From an uncultured virus (IMG/VR IMGVR_UViG_3300021599_002397) (taxonomy: Duplodnaviria > Heunggongvirae > Uroviricota > Caudoviricetes), in IMG/VR virus record IMGVR_UViG_3300021599_002397: DNA of 20,000 bases; one strand, written 5' to 3'. Shown here one piece after another: positions 1-8,437 of this stretch. A model generated the notes under the pieces. It ran no database searches. It was not told where the DNA came from and saw only the letters and a list, made by a program, of their open reading frames with translations. Within the stretch, counting starts at the first letter, position 1. Each line of letters opens with the position of its first letter. The translations under genes and the position numbers were made by a program.

Positions 1-677
1 GATTCACCTATTTTAGGATCTCCCCAATAAATAGGAACAGTACCGTTAGCAAAACAATCTGTTATTTTTTCTGTGTAGTAATTATCATAAGAAGCGTTCT
101 CGAAAACAACAGAAAACATATAAGGAGCTAGAGATTCGTCTCTAGATCTCCACCAATCTCCTGAAGGACCTATTCCGCTTCCTGATCTAGGGCTTCCGTG
201 TGCTCCTCCAAAAAGATCTATTTTTTCTTTGATTCTTGATGCTACATTTAATCTTAGCTTATGTCCAGTAGTCATGTCTTTAGAACTACATACCATAGAA
301 CAAATTTTACTCTTATTATGTAAAGAGTATTGTTCAGGTTTAGTCCAAGGAAGATTAGATCCTGGCGGATTAAATATAAAAAACGAAGGATCTTTAGATA
401 TTATCTCAGAATCACAAGTAAATATGTTCTGAAAATAATTTTTAAGAACTACGTGATTATTTATTAAGTTCCTTTTTAAGTCAGGTAATATCTCAGACGA
501 TTCACAAAACCATCCAAAATTTCCATTCTTTCCACCTTTATGATTTAATATATTATTGTCTATCCAAACATTTGCTATACCCTCGTTGTTAGACCATTCA
601 AAAGTTTTAGGTTTTAAACTAGAGCAAGAAGAATATTCGGGCGGGAATGGCGCCCATGTTGCTTTTAATTTTTTCAT
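1..677 (-). CDS. GT10-family (alpha-1,3/4-fucosyltransferase-like) glycosyltransferase, runs off the left edge
   Basis: Not in the ORF track. Manual translation from ATG at 677 (ATGA overlap with the upstream stop) gives MKKLKATWAPFPPEYSSC...YMFSVVFENASYDNYYTEKITDCFANGTVPIYWGDPKIGE, open to the edge. FEN..Y.TEK....PIYWG is the GT10 signature. Confidence 0.85.
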   Translation of the reverse strand, partial: MKKLKATWAPFPPEYSSCSSLKPKTFEWSNNEGIANVWIDNNILNHKGGKNGNFGWFCESSEILPDLKRNLINNHVVLKNYFQNIFTCDSEIISKDPSFFIFNPPGSNLPWTKPEQYSLHNKSKICSMVCSSKDMTTGHKLRLNVASRIKEKIDLFGGAHGSPRSGSGIGPSGDWWRSRDESLAPYMFSVVFENASYDNYYTEKITDCFANGTVPIYWGDPKIGE

Positions 678-1516
678 ATTATATTAAAATCTTTATTAGT
701 ATAATTAAAAGGTCTTCTAGCATTTATCCTATTCATGTGTATATGGACCTGATTTTTTAAAGGAACTCTAGAGTTTACATTCTCTAAAATATCTCCCTGA
801 TTATACTGATTATCAAATAGCCTTATTTTAATAGAATCCCTGTGTTTACCTATGACCTCATGTTTTAATGCGTCGTGATCTAGCTCACATTCTCCAGACT
901 TTATTTTTTCTGTACAGTGATCATCCCACGATTCTATTAATTCCCTAGTATTTTTTGTATTTTTTAGTAAAAGAGGTGAAGCAAAAAAACCATCTATACT
1001 TCCGTTATGAGAAACCAAACCTAAATCAAATTCAGAATCCACATCGGAGAAAAGCTTTAATTCTTTTTTTAAGTTGGTATCAGCGTCTATCCAAACTATA
1101 TTTTTATCAAATTCTTCAATTACACTTTTTATAAAAGATGGTTTAAAGCAGCAATTTTGATGATAGCTACGATCCCTTGGGTATTGTCTTATTAAATAAT
1201 CATATCCAAATTCATCTAATTTTTTTACTAATCCTTCTATTTTAGAAGAATAAAAATCACTATCGATAGGATCGGATACAAAGGAAACAAATATAGTATC
1301 CTTATCGTTTATATTTTTCCATTCCTTTATATGAGCTCTTTCTCTCGGGTTTTCTATTGGTCTAAATAAATTCATATCTAAAATAGTATTATCTTCCGCC
1401 TCACTTTTTTTATCCTCTTTTTCTTTCTTTGCCTCCGGGTCACCACTAAAAATTCTAACAAGAGGATTAAATCCTCTGTTTATCAATTGTCTAGTTACTT
1501 TAACACCTTTCTTCAT
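674..1516 (-). CDS. GT-A fold nucleotide-diphospho-sugar transferase (DxD), paralog 1
   Basis: NCCFKPSFI..WIDAD motif and LDHD near the C-terminus. Start moved to ATG 1516 (MKKGVK) because it forms an ATGA overlap with the upstream gene. Confidence 0.7.
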   Translation of the reverse strand: MKKGVKVTRQLINRGFNPLVRIFSGDPEAKKEKEDKKSEAEDNTILDMNLFRPIENPRERAHIKEWKNINDKDTIFVSFVSDPIDSDFYSSKIEGLVKKLDEFGYDYLIRQYPRDRSYHQNCCFKPSFIKSVIEEFDKNIVWIDADTNLKKELKLFSDVDSEFDLGLVSHNGSIDGFFASPLLLKNTKNTRELIESWDDHCTEKIKSGECELDHDALKHEVIGKHRDSIKIRLFDNQYNQGDILENVNSRVPLKNQVHIHMNRINARRPFNYTNKDFNII

Positions 1517-2151
1517 ATTAAAAAATCTTTTAAAACACATGAATCGAATTCTTTGGTTCTTTTTATATTTTTTCTTAGTACATCTCTTGTATAAACATTT
1601 TTATCTCTAACTCTAGATATACCATTACTTATAACCCTTCCGTCACTGAAATCTTCATTTATAAATCCTTCACTTCCCATAATATCTGCCCATAATTTAC
1701 CTTTAAATTTAGGAAGCACATCATATTTAAGAACATCATGATCAAAATCTACATCATTAGATTCTATCTTTTCTAGACATATACCCTTTAAAGATTCCAA
1801 AAATCTTAAAGATCTTTCATTATATTTTATACAAAGGGGGGATGCTTTGATACCTTGGAGATCCCCAGTATGACTAGCAAATAATATATCAGAGTCCCAT
1901 TTTTTAAATACTTCATGATATTCAGATATATTAGTATCAACATCTATCCAAACTAGATCCCTCTTTAAAAGATTTAACTTATCGTATATAAAAGATGGCT
2001 TATGTAATGTATTTTTCCAGTATTCCCTATATCCTCCTGACCTTTCTATCTCTATTTCTATCCCCAGGGATTTACATTTATTATAAAGAGCTCTAGAGCA
2101 GTTTTCATAATAGATATCACCAGAATAGAAAGATATAAAAATAGGATTCAT
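1513..2151 (-). CDS. GT-A fold nucleotide-diphospho-sugar transferase (DxD), paralog 2
   Basis: NTLHKPSFI..WIDVD, ASPL and FDHD motifs are collinear with 674..1516. TAATG overlap with the upstream gene. Confidence 0.7.
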   Translation of the reverse strand: MNPIFISFYSGDIYYENCSRALYNKCKSLGIEIEIERSGGYREYWKNTLHKPSFIYDKLNLLKRDLVWIDVDTNISEYHEVFKKWDSDILFASHTGDLQGIKASPLCIKYNERSLRFLESLKGICLEKIESNDVDFDHDVLKYDVLPKFKGKLWADIMGSEGFINEDFSDGRVISNGISRVRDKNVYTRDVLRKNIKRTKEFDSCVLKDFLI

Positions 2152-2888
2152 TAATTGATATTCAACTTGTTAAATAATATATCGCACATAATTTTATTAT
2201 TTCCGTACGATCTTGGTAAATGACAATCTATATATTCATGTGCATTATAGTCGTTTTTAGGCCATATTACCTTATCTAATCTTCCTGCAGCATATTTTTC
2301 TTCTATCCAGCCTCTTTCAAGATGCCTAATATAGTATCCAGATTTTTTCAAAGTCTGATTATAAAAAAACTTCTGATCAGTGCCACTTCGCAGATTCATT
2401 CTTTTTAATCTTAGAAGAAAATCTAAATGGTTTTCTTCATTTAAATCTAGCAGATCTGAAAAACTTTTTGGATCTCCCGCAAGATAACACATTGGATATT
2501 GAGGATTGGTCCTATACCATCTATATTTAATGATATCTGAACTATAGGATATTAATCCAGTATCTCCTATGTACTCAGCGTGATTTATATAGTAATCTTT
2601 TGAGATAGGAAGCATATCCATATCGGATATGATGAATGGCTTATCCAGAATGTTTGCTGCCCAAAATCTAATACATTGTGCCTGTTGTGCAATATCCCAA
2701 TCATTCCTTGATTCTAAATAAAAAACCTTCCCGTGTTCATAAACCCAAGAAGGTGGTTCCACATTATCTATATAAAGAAGAACAGGTTCTAATCCTATTA
2801 AATTCTTCCATGCTCTAGCTACATAAGGCCAAAAATCAAGGTATTCAGGATTTGAGTTAGAGCTAACTACTGCATATTCTAATTTCAT
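2151..2888 (-). CDS. Putative glycosyltransferase-like protein (DxD)
   Basis: 245-aa ORF with hydrophobic strand plus SDMDMLP and a later TDQ motif. Embedded in the GT operon. Confidence 0.5.
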   Translation of the reverse strand: MKLEYAVVSSNSNPEYLDFWPYVARAWKNLIGLEPVLLYIDNVEPPSWVYEHGKVFYLESRNDWDIAQQAQCIRFWAANILDKPFIISDMDMLPISKDYYINHAEYIGDTGLISYSSDIIKYRWYRTNPQYPMCYLAGDPKSFSDLLDLNEENHLDFLLRLKRMNLRSGTDQKFFYNQTLKKSGYYIRHLERGWIEEKYAAGRLDKVIWPKNDYNAHEYIDCHLPRSYGNNKIMCDILFNKLNIN

Positions 2889-3512
2889 CTATCTTCTTAT
2901 TCTGAAATTAGGGTTTGAATTCATTTTACGATGAACGTTTCTAGATTCCTGATAATGTTCTATAACAGGAGATACACCAGGATACATCATCTTCATATGA
3001 TCATAAATGAATGTGTATTCAGGTGGAAGATTATAATAATTCAGATCTGTCATTTCTCTTTGCGCCCTCTGCATATTTTTTTGCTCCCATGTTTCAGGTT
3101 TCATTCTTTCTGCCGGTGTTGCTTCGTTTAATTGTATCCATCTGTCTACAAATCTTTTTACCTTGTCATTATTTTTTAAGAATAGTGTACCTGACAATGC
3201 TTCATCAGCTCTCCATCTAAAGTCCTGAGTTCTATATGCTATGTCACAATCTAGGGATGAGATAAGTTCAGGATACTGTTTAAATTTAGCATCTACGTCT
3301 ACATAAAGAATATCCTGATTTCTAGATTCTAATATACTCTTGATAAAATATGCCTTATGATGTGTGTTTTTCTCCCATGATCCTAAATCGTTTATTGCTT
3401 CTATATAATGGGGGATTGAAAATTGATTTAAAGACTGCCTAAGACTTTCTGCTAGAACTTCGTAAGAGGTGCTTTCTGTGTAATATGCTATAACTAAAAA
3501 CTGGGGGCTCAT
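2889..3512 (-). CDS. GT-A fold nucleotide-diphospho-sugar transferase (DxD), paralog 3
   Basis: GSWEKNTHHKAYFI..LYVDVDA, SGTLFL, WEQ, LPPEY and IEHYQ motifs typical of GT-A (GT34/GT77-like) enzymes. Confidence 0.75.
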   Translation of the reverse strand: MSPQFLVIAYYTESTSYEVLAESLRQSLNQFSIPHYIEAINDLGSWEKNTHHKAYFIKSILESRNQDILYVDVDAKFKQYPELISSLDCDIAYRTQDFRWRADEALSGTLFLKNNDKVKRFVDRWIQLNEATPAERMKPETWEQKNMQRAQREMTDLNYYNLPPEYTFIYDHMKMMYPGVSPVIEHYQESRNVHRKMNSNPNFRIRR

Positions 3513-3560
3513 AGAATTAAGATAAGATAGTATTCATAACCTGGGATTTACAGAGTAAAA

Positions 3561-3589
3561 ATTTTAGTCCCTGTATGCAGGATAGTTTC
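3561..3589 (-). promoter_or_regulatory. Candidate promoter GAAA-N19-TAAAAT for the GT operon
   Basis: Same architecture and spacing as the element at 10383..10411. Confidence 0.4.
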
Positions 3590-3666
3590 AGTATTTAAGA
3601 AATATTTTTTTATAATGGGATATTTTAATTGTTTTCTATATATAATAAAGAACATAAAATGATTTT

Positions 3667-4092
3667 ATGGCAGAAATGAAGCCTTATTGGTTTATAGAAT
3701 CCCCTATAGATTTTGAATATAAGTATTACGTGCTTATGGCATATCTAATGAAGGTTAAAGGAAGCTTTGGTGAAAATGGATTTGAAAAAAATTTCAAGCA
3801 TCTATTGACGATTAAAAAAGATTTAGAGAGCTTTGTTAAAAATACAGAGCTTAGTCAAAAATCCAGAGCTAAAATGACCGAAGACGAGAATGATAATTTT
3901 TATAATATATTAGATACAAATTTAGATTCTATAGGGGAGATAGAGGAGATTGCTAAGAATTCTATAAGCGTTATAGATAAATTCATAGAGGAGAATAGAG
4001 CAGACATATCCAATGAGATTGATATGGAAATCGGGACAGAGTTAAGTAAGGAAAAATCTATAGATATTATAATGACTCGATTTAAGCATTAG
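3667..4092 (+). CDS. Hypothetical protein
   Basis: 141-aa ORF preceded by TATATATA (3637-3644) and an A-rich leader. N-terminal WF..PIDFEYK.Y.L.AYL block looks conserved. Confidence 0.7.
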   Translation: MAEMKPYWFIESPIDFEYKYYVLMAYLMKVKGSFGENGFEKNFKHLLTIKKDLESFVKNTELSQKSRAKMTEDENDNFYNILDTNLDSIGEIEEIAKNSISVIDKFIEENRADISNEIDMEIGTELSKEKSIDIIMTRFKH

Positions 4093-4639
4093 CTTTTAAA
4101 TCGTCCATCACAGATTTAGTTTCCTCTACTTCTTCATCTGTAAAATCGAATCTATCAAAAGGAAATTTATCTGCCTTAAAAAGATAAACTCTTTCTTCTC
4201 CAGCTTCGTCTTCTGTTACAACTTCTATTTTAGATCCGTGTCTGTTGATATAAAAATCTGCTCCTCTTCCGTTTTTAAGAATCTTGTTTCTTATAAAAAG
4301 AATAGCTCCTCCTGGCATTTTCGTTTCAGGCTCATATTCGCCAGCTTCTATAATTCTTTCTATCTCAGGGATAATCTTAATTATTTCAGAGAATGTCTTT
4401 TTAGCAAGATCATCTAATGATGAAATTTTCATTGTTGATGATATGAATTCGGTTATTTCTTTTTTAAGTTCTGGCTTTTCTATAAAAATAGATTTTAAGT
4501 CATCAACGAATGATTTGCTATTATAGCCATTTTTTGGATCATTGGAAGAATACTTAAATGGTATATTATAAGTTTTATCCATATTTCCGGCAGCACTGCT
4601 TTCATTTACAAATTGGTTAAAATTAAATATCCTTCTCAT
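4082..4639 (-). CDS. Hypothetical protein, candidate internal head protein
   Basis: 185-aa ORF with N-terminus MRRIFNFNQFVNES (capsid-targeting-like motif). ATGA overlap with the upstream gene. Confidence 0.75.
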   Translation of the reverse strand: MRRIFNFNQFVNESSAAGNMDKTYNIPFKYSSNDPKNGYNSKSFVDDLKSIFIEKPELKKEITEFISSTMKISSLDDLAKKTFSEIIKIIPEIERIIEAGEYEPETKMPGGAILFIRNKILKNGRGADFYINRHGSKIEVVTEDEAGEERVYLFKADKFPFDRFDFTDEEVEETKSVMDDLKANA

Positions 4640-5040
4640 ATTCTATTCGTTATAAGTTTTTTTCTTTCCTCAAATGTCATAGGATTAGAGGATATCATAT
4701 CTTTTCCTATTTTAGATATACTTTCCTTATCAAATTTATCGAAAGATGGCTCGCCATCCTTAGAAGAAGATTCTGGTCTACATTCTAAAAATCCCTCGAA
4801 ATCTTTTAATTCTAAAAAAACCCCTTGGGAAGTTACACTCAGAAGATCGTCCTTAATTAATTTTATTCTTGACCATATAGGTTTTAATATATTAGGCTCT
4901 CCTATTGTTTCTATTTCATATGACGATATTACCTCCACATAGAGATCTTTTTTTACCACATAAGAAGATCCACCTGCTTCTAATCCATATTTAGATTTAA
5001 AATCAGATGTAAAATTATCTATCTTGGATATTTTATTCAT
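4636..5040 (-). CDS. Hypothetical protein (start revised to 5040)
   Basis: ATG at 5040 (MNKISKIDNF) lies 7 nt downstream of a GATATATA element. The longer track start overlaps the divergent promoter region. Confidence 0.65.
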   Translation of the reverse strand: MNKISKIDNFTSDFKSKYGLEAGGSSYVVKKDLYVEVISSYEIETIGEPNILKPIWSRIKLIKDDLLSVTSQGVFLELKDFEGFLECRPESSSKDGEPSFDKFDKESISKIGKDMISSNPMTFEERKKLITNRI

Positions 5041-5047
5041 TTCTACA

Positions 5048-5082
5048 TATATATCAGATTCCATAGGATAAAAAGATATATA
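5048..5082. promoter_or_regulatory. Back-to-back divergent GATATATA elements (5048-5055 on -, 5075-5082 on +), putative late promoters
   Basis: Identical 8-mer pointing at each of the two divergent genes. It recurs before four other gene starts. Confidence 0.65.
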
Positions 5083-5101
5083 GTATAAAAGTATTAACAA
5101 A

Positions 5102-5833
5102 ATGGTGATCAGAAGTTATTCACAATTTATATCGGAATCTAAATCTAACAGAGGAGGATATGATATTAGCCAATATACAGATGAAATGTATATGTTAGAA
5201 AGCGAATATTTAAGACTTCAATCAGAGGGTTTAAACGAGGAGGAAATTAACGAAAATATATTTACTTCATTTTTTAGCTCTTTAGGAGGTGGTTTTACTG
5301 ACACGTTTAAAGATTATATAATAGATTGGGCAGCTCAAAAATTTGGTATCGATCCTTTCGATGAGAACGGACAGCCAACTTTTTTCTACCAAGTTATTAG
5401 AAACGTAATAGAGCAGGTACATTTTACTGATCTAGGAAAATATTTCGGGTCTGGATCATGTAAAAATTGGGCTACTGCTATTATAGAAGGTTTATCTGAA
5501 ACATTACAAGAAAGAGGAATAGAATATTTATTACCTAGATTAGGTATGAAAATAGACATGACTGAAGGAATGGGAGGAACTATAGCAGCAGGATTAAGAG
5601 AGGCTTTAACAAACGCTATAAATAATACTTCTTTCATGAATAACATAGAGAAGATGATAAGCGATAAAATATGTGGATTTAAACTTGGAGACGTTTTATC
5701 TGGTGGTAATGTTACAACTTCTGATAAACAGAAAATTCAAGGACAGATAGAAGCAGCTGGTGAAAAAAATCCAGATATATATACACAAGCAATGAGATCT
5801 GGCTTATCCAGTGTTCTCCAATTTAATAAATAA
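5102..5833 (+). CDS. Hypothetical protein, candidate internal head/ejection protein
   Basis: 243 aa. N-terminus MVIRSYSQFISES, then LNEEEINE followed by an amphipathic segment NIFTSFFSSLGGG. Confidence 0.8.
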   Translation: MVIRSYSQFISESKSNRGGYDISQYTDEMYMLESEYLRLQSEGLNEEEINENIFTSFFSSLGGGFTDTFKDYIIDWAAQKFGIDPFDENGQPTFFYQVIRNVIEQVHFTDLGKYFGSGSCKNWATAIIEGLSETLQERGIEYLLPRLGMKIDMTEGMGGTIAAGLREALTNAINNTSFMNNIEKMISDKICGFKLGDVLSGGNVTTSDKQKIQGQIEAAGEKNPDIYTQAMRSGLSSVLQFNK

Positions 5834-5838
5834 AAAGG

Positions 5839-6090
5839 ATGAATCAGAAAAACGTAAAAAAAAGAGAGATCCTAAGCTATAAGGATTTTATGAAGGTCGT
5901 TAGCGATCCTTGGAATCCTGATAATCTTAGTAAGGAAGACAGAACAGGGTTACATAAAATATCACCCGAATCTGCATACGATTATGTGGGATATAAAGAT
6001 GCTATTTTTAATAAAACATCTAAAATAGATTACCCAGGATATGGCGCTACTGAATCAGGAAGTGCTGCTTCAATAGGAATAACTGAATAA
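5839..6090 (+). CDS. Small hypothetical protein
   Basis: 83 aa, tightly packed between neighbours. EILSYKDF motif, C-terminal Glu. Confidence 0.7.
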   Translation: MNQKNVKKREILSYKDFMKVVSDPWNPDNLSKEDRTGLHKISPESAYDYVGYKDAIFNKTSKIDYPGYGATESGSAASIGITE

Positions 6091-6102
6091 AAAACATAAA
6101 AA

Positions 6103-6867
6103 ATGGATAAAAAAATATTATCTTTCGAAGAGTTTAGCTCAAGAAAACCTCAAGAATTGCCAGAAGAGAATGAATTCTGGAATGATATGGAAATAGAGGA
6201 GGAAGAGGAAGAAGAAGATGAAGAGGACGACATGGACCTAGAAGACGAAGACGAGGACGAAGATGACATGGACCTAGAAGACGAGGACGAGGATGAAGAC
6301 GAGGACGAAGACGAGGACGAAGAGGAAGATGACATGGACCTAGAGGACGAAGACGAGGACGAAGAGGAAGATGACATGGACCTAGAGGACGAAGACGAGG
6401 ACGAAGAGGAAGATGACATGGACCTAGAAGACGAGGACGAGGACGAGGACGAAGAGGAAGATGACATGGACCTAGAAGACGAGGACGAGGACGAAGAGGA
6501 AGATGACATGGAAGACGAGGACGAGGATGAAGACGAGGATGAAGAGGAAGATGATATGGATCTAGGAGACGAGGAAGAAGAAGACGAGGACGAAGAGGAA
6601 GATGACATGGAAGACGAGGAAGAGGATGAAGACGAGGAAGAAGAAGACGAGGACGAAGACGATGAAGACGAGGATGAAGAGGAAGATGACATGGATATAG
6701 GAGACGAGGAAGAAGACGAAGACGATGAAGAGGACGACATGGACCTAGAAGACGAAGAGGAGGAGGAAGAAGAAGAAGACACAGAAGAGGAGGATGAATC
6801 CGAATTAGAAGGTGAAGAAAATAATGAAGTAGAGGTTATACGATTCGATAACTTCTTCGGTAAATAA
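6103..6867 (+). CDS. Poly-Asp/Glu low-complexity protein
   Basis: 254 aa with about 200 residues almost entirely D/E, punctuated by 11 DDM units. Non-repetitive termini KILSFEEF and VIRFDNFFGK. Followed by a terminator. Confidence 0.85.
   Translation: MDKKILSFEEFSSRKPQELPEENEFWNDMEIEEEEEEEDEEDDMDLEDEDEDEDDMDLEDEDEDEDEDEDEDEEEDDMDLEDEDEDEEEDDMDLEDEDEDEEEDDMDLEDEDEDEDEEEDDMDLEDEDEDEEEDDMEDEDEDEDEDEEEDDMDLGDEEEEDEDEEEDDMEDEEEDEDEEEEDEDEDDEDEDEEEDDMDIGDEEEDEDDEEDDMDLEDEEEEEEEEDTEEEDESELEGEENNEVEVIRFDNFFGK
6196..6797 (+). repeat. Degenerate coding tandem repeat, about 42-bp unit (EEEDDMDLEDEDED)
   Basis: 6319-6360 and 6361-6402 are identical 42-mers. Flanking units vary in the number of GAC/GAG/GAA triplets. 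Confidence 0.9.
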
Positions 6868-6887
6868 TTTTTCCATTAAACATATTT

Positions 6888-6914
6888 AAAGCCCAGATTG
6901 ATTCCGGGCTTTTT
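6888..6914 (+). terminator. Rho-independent terminator
   Basis: AAAGCCCAGA-ttgat-TCCGGGCTTTTT stem (one mismatch) with a T-tract, directly after the acidic gene. Confidence 0.75.
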
Positions 6915-6925
6915 CTTTGTTTATC

Positions 6926-6933
6926 GATATATA
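6926..6933 (+). promoter_or_regulatory. GATATATA element, 4 nt upstream of the rimK ATG
   Basis: Recurrent motif placed just after the terminator. Confidence 0.6.
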
Positions 6934-6937
6934 CATT

Positions 6938-8437
6938 ATGGATTACTCATTACTAGAAAAGTTTGTATTTAAGGGAGTTAAAGGAAAGGAAAGACCCTTA
7001 ACAGTTGTTATATTAACTACTAAACTTGGTAAAAGTCTAAAAAATGCTCCAACAACAGATAAGATAATGAAAATCTGTGAGGAGAAGGGAGTTAGATGTA
7101 TAATAATAGATACAGAAAAAGGATCTATTCAAAAAACAATAAAAGGAACTTTTCTTATATCAAGCAGAGGAGGAAAACAACAAGAAATACATCTGGATAG
7201 AACCATAGTATTAACTAGAAGATCCTCTATAAAAAACAATGCAGCTAAGGGATTTTTTAAAAAGATGGAAGATCTAGGTTTTCCATGTGTCAATTCCTAT
7301 GATTCTGTTATTATATGTGAAGATAAACTACAGACTACAAGAAAATTACAGTTAGCTAAAATACCTGTTCCTAAAACATCATTAATATCATCTGAAGCTG
7401 ATATAGATAAAGCAGTAGAAGAAGTTGGTGGTAATTATCCAGTTGTTTGTAAATTTCTATCAGGAACTAAAGGAATAGGTGTATTTATGATAGACTCTAG
7501 ACCATCTCTAGTTTCTACCTTACAGGCTTTGTGGCACTTAGCACCAGGGACTGAAATAGTTTTACAAGAAAAAATAGATGCAGATTACGATCTTAGAATA
7601 CACGTAGTTGCAGAAAGTGATGGTATGGCAAGTAGAGAATACAAAGTCATAGCAGCAATGAAAAGAATAAAAATAGAGGGAGATTTTAGAACTAATTTTT
7701 CTTTAGGGGGTGAAACAGAGAATGTTAAGCTTTCCAAAGAAATAGAAAGAATAGCAATAGAATCTGCTAAAGCTACCGGATGTTTATGGTGTGGTGTAGA
7801 CATTATAGTAGAAAAAGGAAAAAGTACATCAGCGGAGGAAAAACCTTATGTTCTAGAGGTTAATGCCTCTCCTGGAACTACTGGTATAGAAAAAACAACT
7901 GATATTCCCGTAACAGATATGGTAGTAGATTTTCTTTTAGATAAGAAAAACTGGGTTAAACCTAAGAAAACTACTGGATTTAGAGAAATGGTAACTATAT
8001 CTGGAGTAGGAACGTTTGTAGGTAAATTAGATACAGGTAACGGAGCAACTTCTTGTAGTTTACATGCAGACAGCATAGAAGAATCCGATGGTAAAGTTTA
8101 CTGGAAGCTAGGTAATCAAGAATTTGTAAATAAAATAGTAGGTCAATCAAAAGCTGAGGTTGGTGAAAAAATACACCACAGAGCGGTTGTTAATCTCGAT
8201 GTAGATTTTAATGGTCTTGTATATAAGAAAGTTAAGTTCTCATTAGTAGATAGAACTGAAAAAAGTACCCCATTATTACTAAATAGGGATTTTTTAAGTT
8301 CCGCTGGATTAGTTGTAGACCCTTCGGAGGATTTTGTTTTAACTGACAGACCTGAGGGATATTCACCAAAAGATGCAAAAGGGGATCCTATAGCTGGTGT
8401 TAAGGTAGTTAAATCAAACGGGAATTCCGAGAAATAA
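6938..8437 (+). CDS. rimK: RimK-family ATP-grasp glutamate ligase fused to a C-terminal RimB-like (retropepsin-fold, 'putative ATP-dependent zinc protease' family) domain
   Basis: ATP-grasp motifs DK..T...L....IPVPKT, YPVVCK..SGTKGIGV, LQEKI, DLRI.V, GDFRTNFSLGG, GVDII and LEVNASPG. C-terminal GFREMV..KLDTGNG..SLHA..R..V..FSL.DR..LLNRDFL. Start set at ATG 6938. Confidence 0.9.
   Translation: MDYSLLEKFVFKGVKGKERPLTVVILTTKLGKSLKNAPTTDKIMKICEEKGVRCIIIDTEKGSIQKTIKGTFLISSRGGKQQEIHLDRTIVLTRRSSIKNNAAKGFFKKMEDLGFPCVNSYDSVIICEDKLQTTRKLQLAKIPVPKTSLISSEADIDKAVEEVGGNYPVVCKFLSGTKGIGVFMIDSRPSLVSTLQALWHLAPGTEIVLQEKIDADYDLRIHVVAESDGMASREYKVIAAMKRIKIEGDFRTNFSLGGETENVKLSKEIERIAIESAKATGCLWCGVDIIVEKGKSTSAEEKPYVLEVNASPGTTGIEKTTDIPVTDMVVDFLLDKKNWVKPKKTTGFREMVTISGVGTFVGKLDTGNGATSCSLHADSIEESDGKVYWKLGNQEFVNKIVGQSKAEVGEKIHHRAVVNLDVDFNGLVYKKVKFSLVDRTEKSTPLLLNRDFLSSAGLVVDPSEDFVLTDRPEGYSPKDAKGDPIAGVKVVKSNGNSEK

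Noticed and set aside
2886..2891. TAG immediately followed by an in-frame ATG, suggesting stop recoding or readthrough fusion
   Set aside because: Long genes, including structural ones, are intact in the standard code with no TAG fragmentation. Abutting genes explain it.
3513..3666. tRNA or ncRNA in the largest intergenic region
   Set aside because: Only a small CCTG-tatg-CAGG hairpin is present, with no cloverleaf. Divergent promoters explain the region.
6150..6782. 210-aa poly-Ser ORF on the minus strand
   Set aside because: It is the antisense shadow of GAA/GAG/GAC codons. The plus-strand gene has operon context, meaningful termini and a terminator.
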